DNA from: Acanthaster planci
Lineage: Eukaryota
DNA length: 64,000 bases
Direction of reading: 5' to 3'
Assembly (NCBI RefSeq): GCF_001949145.1
Contig: NW_019091360.1
Location: 2,788,864-2,852,863 of the forward strand
A program made the translations under genes and the position numbers. Position 1 is the stretch's first letter, and each line of letters begins with the position of its first letter. The notes below the pieces were generated by a model. The model worked only from the letters and a program-made list of their open reading frames with translations. It was not told where the DNA came from and searched no databases. Below, piece by piece: positions 51,601 to 64,000 of the stretch.

Positions 51601-51994
51601 AACTCAAGAACAGTGGGTTCTCCATTGCACTGTCAATCAGAGATAGAAACTTGGTATCTACTTCAGCAAAGTAGCAGCTAAATATGCAATTTTGAAAGTA
51701 CTTCTTTACGGTGTTTTCTCAGGATTTCAGCTTTTTTGTATCTAGGAGTAACTGTGTCATCGTGTGATACTTTGATATCATTTATCAGGCGCTAATATTG
51801 GAATCTGTTTGTGTAATACTCTGTTTTGCTTGCAATATTGCAACAGGGACGTTGTGGGTAGTGGAACGCTCACTCTGAAGGTCGACTTCAAACCTCGGAA
51901 AGCCGGGGAGAGGACACTAGTTGCCACCTTTGATTCAGATCAACTCTCCCAGGTGACCGGTGAGCTGGATTTAAACGTTCTGAAGGCCGAGTGA
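42257..51994 (+). CDS. TGM: Transglutaminase paralog B, intact, ~758 aa
   Basis: 12 GT-AG exons: 42257-42638,43002-43193,43549-43793,44173-44334,45221-45370,45905-46067,46496-46611,47661-47787,48612-48833,49391-49545,51324-51538,51847-51994. Total 2277 nt, in frame. Catalytic Cys (GQCWV), His (NFHVW) and Asp (VDATPQE) present. Confidence 0.95.
43002..43193 (+). CDS. TGM: TGM-B exon 2
   Basis: [11 protein letters not shown]...[10 protein letters not shown]. Confidence 0.88.
43549..43793 (+). CDS. TGM: TGM-B exon 3
   Basis: [16 protein letters not shown]...WGFDQFE. Confidence 0.9.
44173..44334 (+). CDS. TGM: TGM-B exon 4
   Basis: [37 protein letters not shown]...WSGSQHILE. Confidence 0.9.
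45221..45370 (+). CDS. TGM: TGM-B exon 5 (catalytic Cys)
   Basis: [36 protein letters not shown]. Confidence 0.95.
45905..46067 (+). CDS. TGM: TGM-B exon 6
   Basis: DRYYDENGE...[13 protein letters not shown]...[13 protein letters not shown]. Confidence 0.95.
46496..46611 (+). CDS. TGM: TGM-B exon 7
   Basis: [38 protein letters not shown]. Confidence 0.92.
47661..47787 (+). CDS. TGM: TGM-B exon 8
   Basis: [27 protein letters not shown]. Confidence 0.92.
48612..48833 (+). CDS. TGM: TGM-B exon 9
   Basis: GSAAERAAV...[15 protein letters not shown]...VYYTG. Confidence 0.9.
49391..49545 (+). CDS. TGM: TGM-B exon 10
   Basis: Near-identical to 35313-35467. Confidence 0.9.
50337..50583 (-). mobile_element. 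MITE family 1 copy, inverted, TSD AAAT
   Basis: AAAT-GGGTCATTCC...GGAATGACCC-AAAT; the internal sequence is the reverse complement of the 13387 copy. Confidence 0.8.
51324..51538 (+). CDS. TGM: TGM-B exon 11
   Basis: [19 protein letters not shown]...[19 protein letters not shown]. Confidence 0.92.
51847..51994 (+). CDS. TGM: TGM-B terminal exon 12
   Basis: [48 protein letters not shown]. Confidence 0.92.
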
Positions 51995-53574
51995 TGTGGT
52001 TTGTGCTAAGGCAAAGGAAGTTGCTGTATCAGACACATTCAGCAGTCAACTCAGTCAGTTACTATGGGAAAAATGATGGTTAATTTCATAAGATGTAATT
52101 GCCTTAAAATGTAGTTATAAAATGGGTTTTGTGTGTTCAAAGCCAGGTTTTGAAACTCAGTTGAATTGAATCTGTCTCCTACTTGCCTGAATTTAATCCC
52201 TTGTCTGTGGAGTTTCATGCTCAATGAAAAAGAGGAAAGAAAATCTTACAGGGAAACACTGACCAGTGGTTGACCCAAAGATGGAAAATTTCCATTTACC
52301 TTGAATGTTGTAGGCCTGAAAGTGAATTTAATTTTCACGGAGAAAGCTTGAGATGTTAGTTGTTACCATGAAATCTGAAGGTCCTGGTTCCCTAGTACAT
52401 GTACATTTTGGCTGGCATAACATATTGATAACCAGGATCCACCTACATTCTTCCTCTCTGATCTCCAATTGCCAACTGGTTCAAACTTTGTCGACTAGTA
52501 TAAATTCTTAAAGAATAGCACAGTCAGATGAGTGAATGGTTCTTGATTGATGTTGATCAGAGTCAAATAGTGTACCAGAGAGATCAAAAGTCACAGGATC
52601 AGCCCAGTTTTGCTAAGCCACTGCTGTATATTGGCATTACTGATGTCACTGATGCTGCCTGAATGTCAGTGAGTGCAGTAGACTTTTATAGCCACTGGGC
52701 CCAATATCCCAGCACTGATAAACAGCCACTTTGTGCTTATAGAGCTTCCAAGTACATTGTATTTCATTGAAATGGATAAGTGGCAAGCACGTCAAAAACA
52801 AGCTAAAGCCTAGAGGGACAAGTTGCTTGATTAATTAAACCGGCAATGTATCAATGGAACTCTCCTGCACTTGCTACCATTACCGACAGGTACTTACAGA
52901 TCCTCTTCTAATTGTAGGCCTTGATAGGCCTCTTTAATTAAACTTTCATACATCTTCTTTTTATATTCATATGTCATAGTGCTGGACATCTCTATACTTG
53001 TTTTCTGCATTGTGTTCTGGTATAATAAACACAATTTTCATGCTGACTGTTACGCAGTACAGTGAAAGTGGTCCCTTACAATTTGATCAACACTAGGCTA
53101 ATGGTGGATGGATCAAGGGCACTTGCATCGTTGCACATACTATCCAATTTTTTGTTCCAGAAATCCTAACTGTAGTTGTACATGTATGTATCTTTTCCCT
53201 TCTACAATGACATCTAAGAAGGGGCAAATTTAAACTCGGTTCTCCTTTTTTTGGCTTGAACCAATTAAAAAAACAGTACTTTCTTGATCCATTAAGGCAG
53301 CTTAGATTGTTTGAGACTGAGTAATTAGTGCAGGTTCAATTTCAAAATCACTGTTTATCATTCAGTTTTCTTGTCCACAAGTAATATTGCCTATAAGCAA
53401 CTACCATTATGTATGCATTCAGGAGTAGAATCCAATGTGTGGCTCATGCTTGGGGTGAAAAAAAAGAAAATGTTTTCAAAAACAAAAAGCTCAATTTACT
53501 GTTTTCAATACAAATGAAAACTCAAAACGTGGCTCTGGCGACTTTTCACATTTTCACAGAGCGTTTCACATTTG

Positions 53575-53672
53575 TGTGTTATTTTGTAAAACCATTGCGT
53601 TATTTTGCAAAACTTTTGCGTTATTTCGCGAAACTATTGTGTTATTTCACAAAACTATTGCATTATATCGCA
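53575..53672. repeat. 21-bp tandem repeat, 4-5 copies
   Basis: GTTATTTYRYRAAACYWTTGY units. Confidence 0.8.
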
Positions 53673-56600
53673 ATAAAAAAATGTACTTTTAAAACCTAGC
53701 ACGACTGGGTTTTTGTAGAAAAGAAAGTACATTTAGACAATATTTTGTTGAAAAGAGCTGTGAAAAGAAGACAAACCCCCCCTCACAGTAAAGAAGTCTG
53801 CAAAAGAGAACTGTTAAAACGAAATTGAAGCAGCAATCTACACTCATATTCAACTACGTGTAATAGAGTCTGGAACGCTTGCAAGTACTGAGAGTTCCTT
53901 CTATTGGAAGAACGGTTTCAATCCTTCAAGAGGGGAAGTTCAGAGGAGCTGTATCACTAATGTAAAGTGTAAAGGTCCGAAAGTAGAACTCACTATATGC
54001 CTCTGTGTCAAATAAATAGTTAGTTTTTTATCGTTGCATTCCATATCTCAAAATGTGTTTTTCAGTCTGAAATATAGGTAAAAGCTTTCATATGCATTTG
54101 AGTTTTGTCTGTTTTTTGAAGTAAAATAAGGAAATTATTGTAGACTAAGTCTACACAATGCATGTATATGTGCTGCTCATATGTGCTGTTATTGTATAAA
54201 AACTAAATTGTGTTTTAACACAAAAAGAGTCCATTATAGAGAAATGATCATGAAGTCATAATTAAGTCGGCATCTGAGAAATGTCTTTTGTAATCACTGT
54301 CTCTCCAAATTGAACTTTTATTAGCTTCAAGCTAATTTACTCAGATCACCAATACATAATGCGGACGCAAATAGCAGTAACTTTGAATCCTGTAAGATAA
54401 AAACAGGTGATTGAAAATTTAAAAACATTGTGGTGTATAATTGCACTATTAATTACATTTTTTCTCTTATTGGGTTTCATATGTTAAACTGTCATTTTAT
54501 TGGATGCAGTAGCTAATAAAATTCGCTTCATGCAACATCTGCAAACAAATAATAGGATGTTTTCATTTTGATGGAACATTTAGCATTTGCTTTGTACAGT
54601 TTGCCTAAACAGTCTCTTTCAGTATTTGTGTTAGTTTTAAGTAGTATTTTTGAAGAAATGTTGTTATCGTAACTGCTTTGTTTTACTGCTACCTTTAGTG
54701 ACCCTTCATAGCTAATTAACTTCAATTAAGATTAAAGTTAATTTGCTAGAAACTATCGAGGAGGTAATACCAGAATTTTGTGTGCATTTCTGCTTGGAAA
54801 ATATTGTACTGTGCATTCTAACCTTTTACATGTCGGTGGAGAATAAAACTTGTATATGTGGAATTTACACTTGAAACTAAAGTGCCCCTGTCTTCTGTTT
54901 TGTTTGAATGAAACAACATTTCCTATGTATGTGCCATGGGAGTTGTCACATGTCAAATTAAATTCATTTTAAACATGCCATGATAGTTGAGTGTAAAAAA
55001 CCCCAACAGTTTATCTATTTTCCTTGTCAGCTATATCCGAGATTTTGTATGAACTACAGTGTAGGGGGCACAGATTTTTTCTTGTCGCTCTCACAAGGCA
55101 AGTAGAAGTCATTTTTATTCAACTTACTTGGCTATTCTTTAATTTATGCACGCCTACAACTTAATATTTTAAACATTTTGTTTTGGTAAAATGTAAAGGG
55201 GCAGCTATTTCCCATTTAAGCCTTTCGTCTAAACTGATAGGAAGATCGAGTCCCCCTAGGTATTTGCCTCAGTTTTCGCATATTATTACTTATTAACATT
55301 TTTTTAATCATTTATTGTTTGTAATACTTTTTTCGGTCTACGTCTACCGGATGTAGACTACAGGCACTAAATTGTTATTTTAATTGGCCACCACAGTGCC
55401 TTTTCCGACCTTTTTCCAGCAGACGATAAATATCAAGTACCTAGACGTCTCAGCATTATTTGGAATCCTATGCACAAACAGTGCCCAACCATCACTTAGC
55501 GCACGCGCACTAAATTTGAAAAGAGAACGCCACACGAGGAGAGTCTTCTTGCGGTAAGTTTTTACATGACCAAAATGCTGGTTTTACCCTCTTAATGACC
55601 GAAAATGTACTTTTTGTTTGCCTCCTCTCATTTCTGATGCATTAGTGGAGTGCTTGGATAAACTATTTCGACAAGGACATGTAGTTAATTGAAACAAAAT
55701 AGACCTACTCGTAACTCTATTATCGCGGTATTGAATTTTGCGTTGCCAGTGAGTTCCCAAAACTGAGTTAAAAAGTCTGCAAGTTTCCGTAAGTTTTAAT
55801 AATGTTTGACAAAAGATGTAATTTTTCCAAATTTTCTAAATTTTCCTTCACCGTGTCAGTGTTATTTCTAACACCGCCCTGCCCTTGGATATCTGTTGCT
55901 GCCCGGGGTTCCCATACGTATATCACTTCCCAAAGGACCAAAGGTATCTAAAGTCTGAGACACATTTTAACCGTGAAAGTGCCCATTTTTTTGGAAGTCA
56001 AAATAAGGGCTTCTGCGTAAAGCGTGCCCCAATCTCTTTTACAATAGACTTGTATCAATCGTACTTTTACCGGAAAGAGTTCCATATACTGCCACTTGAC
56101 ACTCTGTCGACCCCGGAAGACTGGGCGCAAAAATTGTAAGTGTTTTCTAAGTAAAGGACTTGGATTTTCCCTCCTAAATCATGTAAATTGAACTTTTCTT
56201 GACATGTTTTTGCTCTCTGATGGCTTATACATGTAAGTCACTGTAGGGAATAATTACTGGTGTCCGTATAAGGAACTCATTCCCTTTTACCCTCAGGGGC
56301 AATTAATAGCGAATGATTACGTTGGCATTTTTGTCACAATTTTTTTTTCTCTTCTTACAAAACTAGAAGAATTTTTCAGTGGATATTTAGAATTTTTAAA
56401 CTTAATTTTAGATTAAATAGTTCAGGTCCAATGATATAGTTATAAATCTCAGTGAACTGGAATTCACAATGCAAACACTTTTAACAATTGTTTCAGATAA
56501 TGATAAAAGAATGAGTCCTCCAAGAAAATGAAATTTGCGGTATCCGAATATTTATTATTCCTTCGGCAAACACCAATGAATGTCAAAGTTGTTGCTGCAT

Positions 56601-59600
56601 TTAAGATTTGGGTAAAAAGTTCAGGTGAAAAAAATGACGTTATTCCATGCCGGATTAATAAGTGTAAGGTGACACACTGCAGTTATTCCCATCTCTGTCT
56701 TTCTGTGAAGGGTATCTTTAAGGAGAAGACTGGAAAATATAGAGTAAATTACACATAAATGGAAATTTATCACAAATTGAAGTTATTTTGTTTTCTCTGA
56801 AAACTAAATCATTGTGTTTATCCTCATTTATTTATAAACAAAGTGCTGTAAAGGCCATTGTAGAAACTATTTCTTGATACCGTGATAATAGAGACTCTAC
56901 CTTTGCTTGTATATGGTGAGTGGGCAGATTTTCTAAGCTACATTGTATTGTGGAGGAAAATAAATTGAATCACAAACAAAATCATATGAATCAATTTAAA
57001 AAGTAAGAGCTAAAAGGACAGGGTAATTCATGAAGGTGAGTGAGCAATCCTTGTTTCGATCTGCAAATGTGATAACTACCCCAATAATATAGTAACCTAT
57101 CCTACATGTACGGTACACTTACTTGTACATCAAGACCTACAATACATTGTACCATATGTAGCTTTGATGCCAGTCTTCAGTACACTATTACAACTGATGT
57201 CCAGGTTTGACTTCTGTGTAACACAACCCAAAAGTTTACAAAAATTTATTATAGTTTTACCTTTACCATGTTTACAAAGAAACCAGGGCAAGAGTTCCAC
57301 ATACATATACCTGTACGACAACACTTAAAGCCCCTGTGGGCAAACCTATGAAACTTGTCTGAAAACACCATTTTCTAAGCTTAGCAATATTTTTATTTCA
57401 TTTTTTAAGGACATGTAATCAGTTTCTGAATGCTTTTATAACTTTTAAGGGAAACTTAGTTTTGTCTGAATGAGAAACTCTGGAATGTTGCATTTCAGGC
57501 ATGTCTGGCAAAAAATTCCATATGTCACAAGTTACCATAATTCACACATTTACGCGTACGTGTACCTACTTTGACCCCAATTTTTTCTTAAAGCCCCCCC
57601 CAAAAAGAGTCAGTCTATGGTCAGTGCGCGTCGATTTTGAACGTGCGCGTCACTTTTGGTTTCCATTTTTTCCTCTAAATTTTCAAAACAGCACTTTCTA
57701 TTTCTGCACCACATAAATGTTTGCGAGTAGGAGTCCTGGCCACAAGTCTGAAGGGCAATTTGTTCAAGAAACCAGATGAATCTGGGTAGCTTGTACCTGG
57801 TGATAGATCTGTTACGACTGCGTAATGTTGATGTTGAACATAAACAGTAGACCATGGGTAGGTTACATGTACAAGTTGCAGCCAGCTGATATCAATAATG
57901 GCGGCATGACGTGCGACGTGCTACTACTAGCCTTTGTTCTTTGATTAAATATGCCACTCATTTTCGTGTCCGTTGCCAATCTTAAAAAGCCACCCCCCCC
58001 CAAAAAAAGCTGCATCAATTCTGGAACTTTGGTCTGACCAGAGACTGAAAATTTTTTTTGTGGCCTAAACAAAATTTTTTTGTGGCTTTTCTTTCACTAC
58101 CACTGCATGTAGTTGAAATGTGACTAAAATCCCAGATGAAATACATGTATTTTGAAGAACCCATCATCATTGAAGAGATAGGAATGCTGTTATCTGCAGA
58201 TGAATCAAATCGCCTGTAGTAAAACTTGCGTCACCTTACGCATGTCCTGTAAATGCCAGATGGTGCCTCTTGAGTTAGGAACAATTTTTGTGCTTAGTTT
58301 GGTGATACATTTTGAGAAAAAACACTTTTATTTGCCATATCTTGAGTTCTCACCACTTCCTCTTTCTCGTTCTCCTAGTTTATCAATTTTGCAATTTAAT
58401 TTCAAGTTCCAGAAAATCTTTATTTTTTCAAATAAATTGCAATTGGCCTTAATTCGAGTAATTAATCTGGATAGTATTAACAAAACTTCTCTTTGTCTGT
58501 TAGTAGAAAAAAGTTTTTAAAAAGTGCTGAGATCCGTGCCCATTGGCAAAAGAAATCTCAAACTGTAAAGTGCACTGTTTTCAGACTCCATATTTTTGAT
58601 AACGCCCTCAATAGTTAGTAAAAGTTAATTGAAGTCATCACTACATGTAAGTGTCAGTATCGGATGTCCAAACTGTTCAAGAGCGCACAGTGATCATTCA
58701 CCAGTTTTGTAGACAATTTCGTCTGTGGAGTAGATCTTTACTTTTTATTTCTTGATTCTCCCTCAGGTTGATGAGAGACACAGCCATCATCACTATTGTA
58801 GATGCCTGCAGAAGGGATGCCCTGTCCACTTAGAGCAAGAGTTCTTGAATTTTTTAAACTGGTAAGATATTTCAGCGTACTTCTGACTGAAGTTTATTTG
58901 AAAATTGGCAATCCTTTAATATCACGATTCATAAAGCGTTATTCACTGCCATTGTTGGAACATTCTAAAAACCAATGTAGCTAGGAATGCCTTAGGGAAG
59001 GGTACACACTGAAAACCAGTGAGTCTGTAAGTCAGAAGCTAGTGGATCATCACTTGGCGGCAATTTGGAATTTTCCTAAATTAGTTTACTGTTCACATGT
59101 TGGCTATTTCTGGTGATGAAGCCAAGAGTTTTTCTAAAGTGCGCATTGCACTGTAACTCAAGCCTGAAGAAATGTGCAACTCCTCAGGTCATAAATGCAG
59201 GGTCTTTCTTTACCAATCCAATCCAGACACTTGACCCTCCCATAAGCCAAATCATGTTCCCAGAATAAAGTCTTACAGTACATGTCCCTGGGCAAAAGGA
59301 AGGAAACTAAATTTTTAACATGATATCTTAAACAGTTTCCTGTTAAATTGTTTCAGTGGCTGGGAGTTATACCACATGTTGGCTGGTTTATTTGGGTACC
59401 ATCTTTGAAGGCCTATAACTTCTTGTTCAGTACAGTTAAATCTCCTAATTATAAGTCAAACCTCAGGGAAGAGAGAAAATCAAATTTGAGTTATCTGATG
59501 TGAAGGTTAAGGCAAAAAGGCACTTAAAATATTTGCGTTTGTTTGAGAGTAGCATTTTATGGTATTGTATTTGGACATCAAACTAATTCACAGGACATGT

Positions 59601-59969
59601 TCCACTTGAAAAACCCTGGTTGAACTTATCACGGTTGAACGTGTAATAGGAAAGTCTGGTAATTTGGTGGTTTTTATGTCCAATAAAGGCACAAAGGTGA
59701 AATGCATTAAAGACCAACTCCAACGCAGCTAAAGGCCAGAAGAGCCAAGTCTAATAAAAGTGCCACACATCAATATCTCCCTTGCAATACATGTTTATTA
59801 AAACACAGTGTTTGTACCCATTTTTCCTCTGAGTCCAGTCTAGTATTGTAAAAATGGACGTGTCGTCACGACTCATTAGCATCTAACAAATATTGATTTT
59901 TGTGATGTATTACCGTAGAGAGGAAATACATGTACATGTACATTGTACCACTGTGTGCGCGCTTTAGGC

Positions 59970-60111
59970 ATGCATAGCACCTGTAGCCACGGTCGACAGC
60001 TTGAACATGAAGAATGCTCTCATTCTTCACAAACTCGAAGAATTTCAATCCTGGTTCTTTCGCAGAATTTCTTATGCATGTATGTCCACCAATAATGCAA
60101 GATTTTGGCAT
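59970..60111 (-). pseudogene. Degenerate THAP zinc-finger N-terminus (transposon-derived or pseudogene)
   Basis: MPKSCIIGGHTCIRNSAKEPGLKFFEFVKNE...QAVDR resembles the THAP pattern MPxxCxxxxC...FFxFPkd...W..av.R, but the conserved Pro and Trp are lost. Confidence 0.55.
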
Positions 60112-60507
60112 TATTGCTAATCATGAAGAAAGGAGCACAAACTCTTGATGGAAAAGAGATAATGCCACACAGTAGACCCGGCACAAAGATCGATCCCTGG
60201 TACGCAGCGCACGCACATGTAGCTTCATGTTCATGCACATGTACATTCGTAGCGCAACCAGTCGTGCCACGGATACTAGTTTCACTGTTTCTCTGGTATT
60301 ACATCATTCAAATTTTGTTTTTCAACGATGCCGCCAGCGGTCAGATTGTGGAAATTTTTCATAAACTCAAAGACACCGTTCAAAACTTTTACAAAAATAC
60401 AGACGCGATACAGACATGAATTGGCAATGAATATATGATTTATTACACACTAAACACAATAATAGTTTCTTTTCAAAACTTTTAAAACCGTTGGAGTTGG
60501 TCTTTAA

Positions 60508-60567
60508 CCCTAACAGTCCCAAATCCTCCAATTTCAATACGATTACATACACCCTAGGATGTTAGGG
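60508..60567. mobile_element. 60-bp piggyBac-like micro-MITE (TTAA-CCCTAACA...TGTTAGGG-TTAA)
   Basis: TTAA TSD and CCC/GGG termini; a second copy lies at ~10264-10326. Confidence 0.65.
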
Positions 60568-61771
60568 TTAAATCAATTTATTTAAATCATGGATTTAAAA
60601 ATCGTGATTTAATTCACTCAAGAATTTAAAAATCAAATGTTGAATAAATACTGTACATACATGTATACTTCTTTTTAGTTTGATAGTTGAAAAGAAAAAT
60701 TGGCTAAATTTTATACATGTATACTGTTTTTCCAAAGATTAAAAAAGTTCTTTTGATTAATGGGAAAAATAGGTACATGTACGTGGGGAGAATCCTTCGG
60801 ATTTGAAACCTGGTGGAAAGTGGATGTTTACAGATTACAAAGTCAGCAAAAAATTAAATCAAAGAACCCTGCTTTCCACTCTGTATGCAATATTGCTCTC
60901 AGTAATTCATACCTTGTAGTTTGTTTCACATGTACATGTTTACGTGTAGTATACCAGAGATGGGGGTTAGTTGAAATGATATCACAAAAATGTCTATATC
61001 AGATTTTATTTCAGAAACAGTTATTAAACCCATCCATTAGGCGGGCTCTGACATCAATGAACCAATGTCAGATCACTTATTGCAACCAGATCTGCGTGAA
61101 AAAAACAGGCCTAAATTTGTCTCCTCTCTGACTCCTGTTGGTGGCAGTTTCTTTCATAGAATCTTATTCTTTCAATGGAAGGAGTTACGTCAGTTAAACA
61201 GAGTGTAGGGTTTAACATTATGAGATTTCAGCTTAAGAAAGCTGAAAATTTGTTGCTCGGCAAATCAGGTTTGAATTAAATTTCATCTGACTTTGAGCAC
61301 TCAATTTTTCTGGTGAATTGTACCTGTATGTGCTTTGAAAGATGTGTGAAGGTGTGGCACAACATACAGGAAAGTATCTTTTTCTTGTCCACATTCAAAA
61401 ATGGATTATTGGTTTGATTACATGTATTTCTTTGATTGTCCCTTAGGTTGAGGAGAACAACTGCTTACATACATGTGCTTGCCTGTAGAAGCTAGGGGTG
61501 CTCTGTTTATCTGGAACATCAGTTCGTGGACTTGTCCTAAAGGTAAGATTCTGTACATGTTAATATTTCTGACTGGAGTTGGAAATTGAAATGTGAGATT
61601 TGAATTTGAAAGTTGGCATTCATTTTGTATCATGATTTAAACTTTTAAGCATCATGAAAATGTTTTGGCCAGGAAGAAAGCTTACGAGACATAAGTGTAC
61701 ACATTGAAAACTGGTGAGATGCTTCTCACCAGTTTTCAGCGTAGCGGATTGTCACTTAATGAAACATACAT

Positions 61772-62006
61772 GGGTAATTCCAGAAATTAGGGCTCCATTT
61801 TTTGTGTGTCCCTGTTACATTTGAAATATGATTGATTTTGTAAGTTCAGAACACATTTTCTAATTTCCAAGAGCGATAAATTAATGCAAATTACCTGCCA
61901 AATAAATAGTAATAGTTTGAAAACAATTCTGGTGTGATTTCCATGTCAAATAACAAAGGTCATGTGTAAGACGGACATAAAATGTCCCTAATTTCTGGAA
62001 TTACCT
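61772..62006. mobile_element. MITE family 2 (20-bp TIR GGTAATTCCAGAAATTAGGG, TSD ACAT)
   Basis: Perfect inverted termini flanked by ACAT on both sides. Confidence 0.75.
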
Positions 62007-63029
62007 ACATACATGTACATACGTGTACATGCACTAGTACATTTATCTTATTACATGAATCACTACAGTAAAATCTCATTAAGTTGAACCTTAGCAAAAT
62101 CGAGCAAAAAGTGAGATACCCAAACTTTAAGTGAAGCTAATAGTTCCAAATATGTTGGCAGATGAGTCGATAGGCAAGCTATATAATAACAGTATACATT
62201 GGGTTTCACTCAAGATTGCATTCTGATTTTTTTGATGTCTTTTTCTTGTCACTTATAAGTGGTGCATTTCTGATCATAATAAACATCATTTTGCGCTGTT
62301 TTAATATTTTCTGAACCAAAGAGCATGTTTTACCAACAACAGTGAGGGATCTCCCCTGTATCACATCGCATTTTGCAATATGTTTGGGTAATTCTGCGAT
62401 CCTTTTTCATAATTACATCACAGTTGCCAGATGCAATTGGCAATATAATTTGCAGTGGATATTTCCAATCAAAGAATGAAAAAAATCCTGGAAGATCTTT
62501 GATAAATACGGTAGTTACATGTACCTGAACAATTATTAGTAGAATAAGTCAAAATAGGATGAAAATCCCACAGCGTGATCACTGTACCATTCCGCAGTGA
62601 CCACTGCACGAAATGTATGTACATACATGTATGTAGGCAGGCTGTACATGCTACACGGGTATTTCTGATTGCCCTAATTGGCTTAACCCGACATTTTTGC
62701 CACACCAGCTCCAAAAAGTCTAGGATGTGATGTACAATGTGTATGCTCCATAACGTACTTAAATTCCTCCACTACATGTACCTTCAACACTGTCCCATCG
62801 CCTGTGGCGCCTGCTGTGTCTTCAGTGTTGAAGGCTAACCTGTCTACTTGTCAATTTTAATTTCAGGTTTTTGCCCTTACCTGACGTCTATTCATAAACA
62901 CTGTATACTCAGTGCTATACTCAGTAGCTCTGAGAATACAGTGTTTATGAAAATATGTTGTATTTTGGGTAAGGCAAAACCTGTAATTACGATTGACGTC
63001 TCCCTGACGCAGAGTACATCTTGAAATAC

Positions 63030-63560
63030 ATGTAGTTTGTTGCCTTGTTGTACTGCAATCATCAGGAGCTCAAAGTACCGGGTCTCTCCATCAGGAGAGA
63101 GCACCTTGGCACAAGCACATGTACTCTCGTAGCCCTCTACTGTACAACCGTCAAGGCACCTTCTGCAGAACTCCATACATGAATATTCATGTATGTGTAT
63201 CATTTCCCTCTATGCACCATGGTTGTGAAATTGATACAGGTGTATCGACACTTCTGGTAGGCTTTGCACTTATTCCCTCTTTCTAATATTCTGGGTGCCA
63301 CTGTCCATTGAATTGTCGTATGCTTTTGCCAAGTTCTGAGCAGAGGATCAAAGGCAGGCCGTAGTCAATGGAGCAACATCCTGTATTATATGAAGATCTT
63401 GGCAATGAGGGCACTAATATGTATATATTGTATGAAATATAATTGGAATTCTAAGAATATAATGAAGTGCAAGTCTTCAGAGGGCTTGCATTCCTTTCCT
63501 TGCGATGGGCATGCAAACCAGTCAATATATTCAAAGCTTTTTTGCCGTGATATTCAAATA
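63030..63560 (-). mobile_element. Decayed non-LTR retrotransposon (LINE) reverse transcriptase fragment
   Basis: Minus-strand pieces ISALIAKIF..RMLL..LRPAFDPLLR, VHRGK and AKVLSPDGETRYFELL..VQQG match LINE RT motifs, interrupted by stops and frameshifts. Confidence 0.8.
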
Positions 63561-64000
63561 AGTCAACGTGCATGGCCCCAGTATATAAACCAAGGCAGGA
63601 TGGCGTGAGGCATCTTTTCTGAGAGGCAAATTAAGAAAGAAGCCAGTAACTAGTAGATTCAGGGTGGGAAAACCTATCCTTGCTCGATTCATGCTGAAAG
63701 TGGGGTGGGAAACCGCTTTAACTTGTACTATAATTATTATTTATAGAATTTCAATTATATTTCATACATTGACATAATTTAGGAATTCTATCACATAACA
63801 TTTGTACAAGTCTTCAAAGGGTTTGCATGTTCAAAGCTGAAGGAGACTGTAATAAACGACAAATGGAGTCCAAACACAGTGGCATATACGTCAGTTATAT
63901 TGATGGGTTCATCGGCTTTATGTATTTAGAACTGCTTTTCCAAATGATGGTTCTTCCACTGCTCTGAGACAAAAATGAGCAAAGGTATTAACCTTTGTCC

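Overview
Intron-rich, AT-rich eukaryotic genomic DNA with a heavy excess of the TACATGTA palindrome. It looks like a marine invertebrate, but the species cannot be determined from the sequence. I reconstructed three protein-coding genes by hand, all on the + strand. (1) A 6-exon, ~744-aa Bcl-2-family gene (10837-18818) of the BCL2L12/BCL2L14(Bcl-G)/BID-like type. It has an N-terminal BH4-like helix, a long disordered region containing a WH2-like actin-binding motif, a BID-like LETD|G caspase site followed by a BID-like BH3, a BH2 GGW motif, no transmembrane anchor and a C-terminal SEID. Its first coding intron appears to be GC-AG. (2,3) Two tandem 12-exon transglutaminase paralogs (28029-37494 and 42257-51994) from a ~14-kb duplication that includes the upstream region and 3' flank. 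Copy A carries a +1 frameshift in a T run; copy B is intact and has a 60-aa N-terminal extension. The rest of the window contains tRNA-derived SINE-like repeats, several MITE families, a Helentron-like fragment, minisatellites, a perfect 264-bp tandem duplication, a degenerate THAP fragment, a LINE RT remnant and a few orphan exon-like segments.
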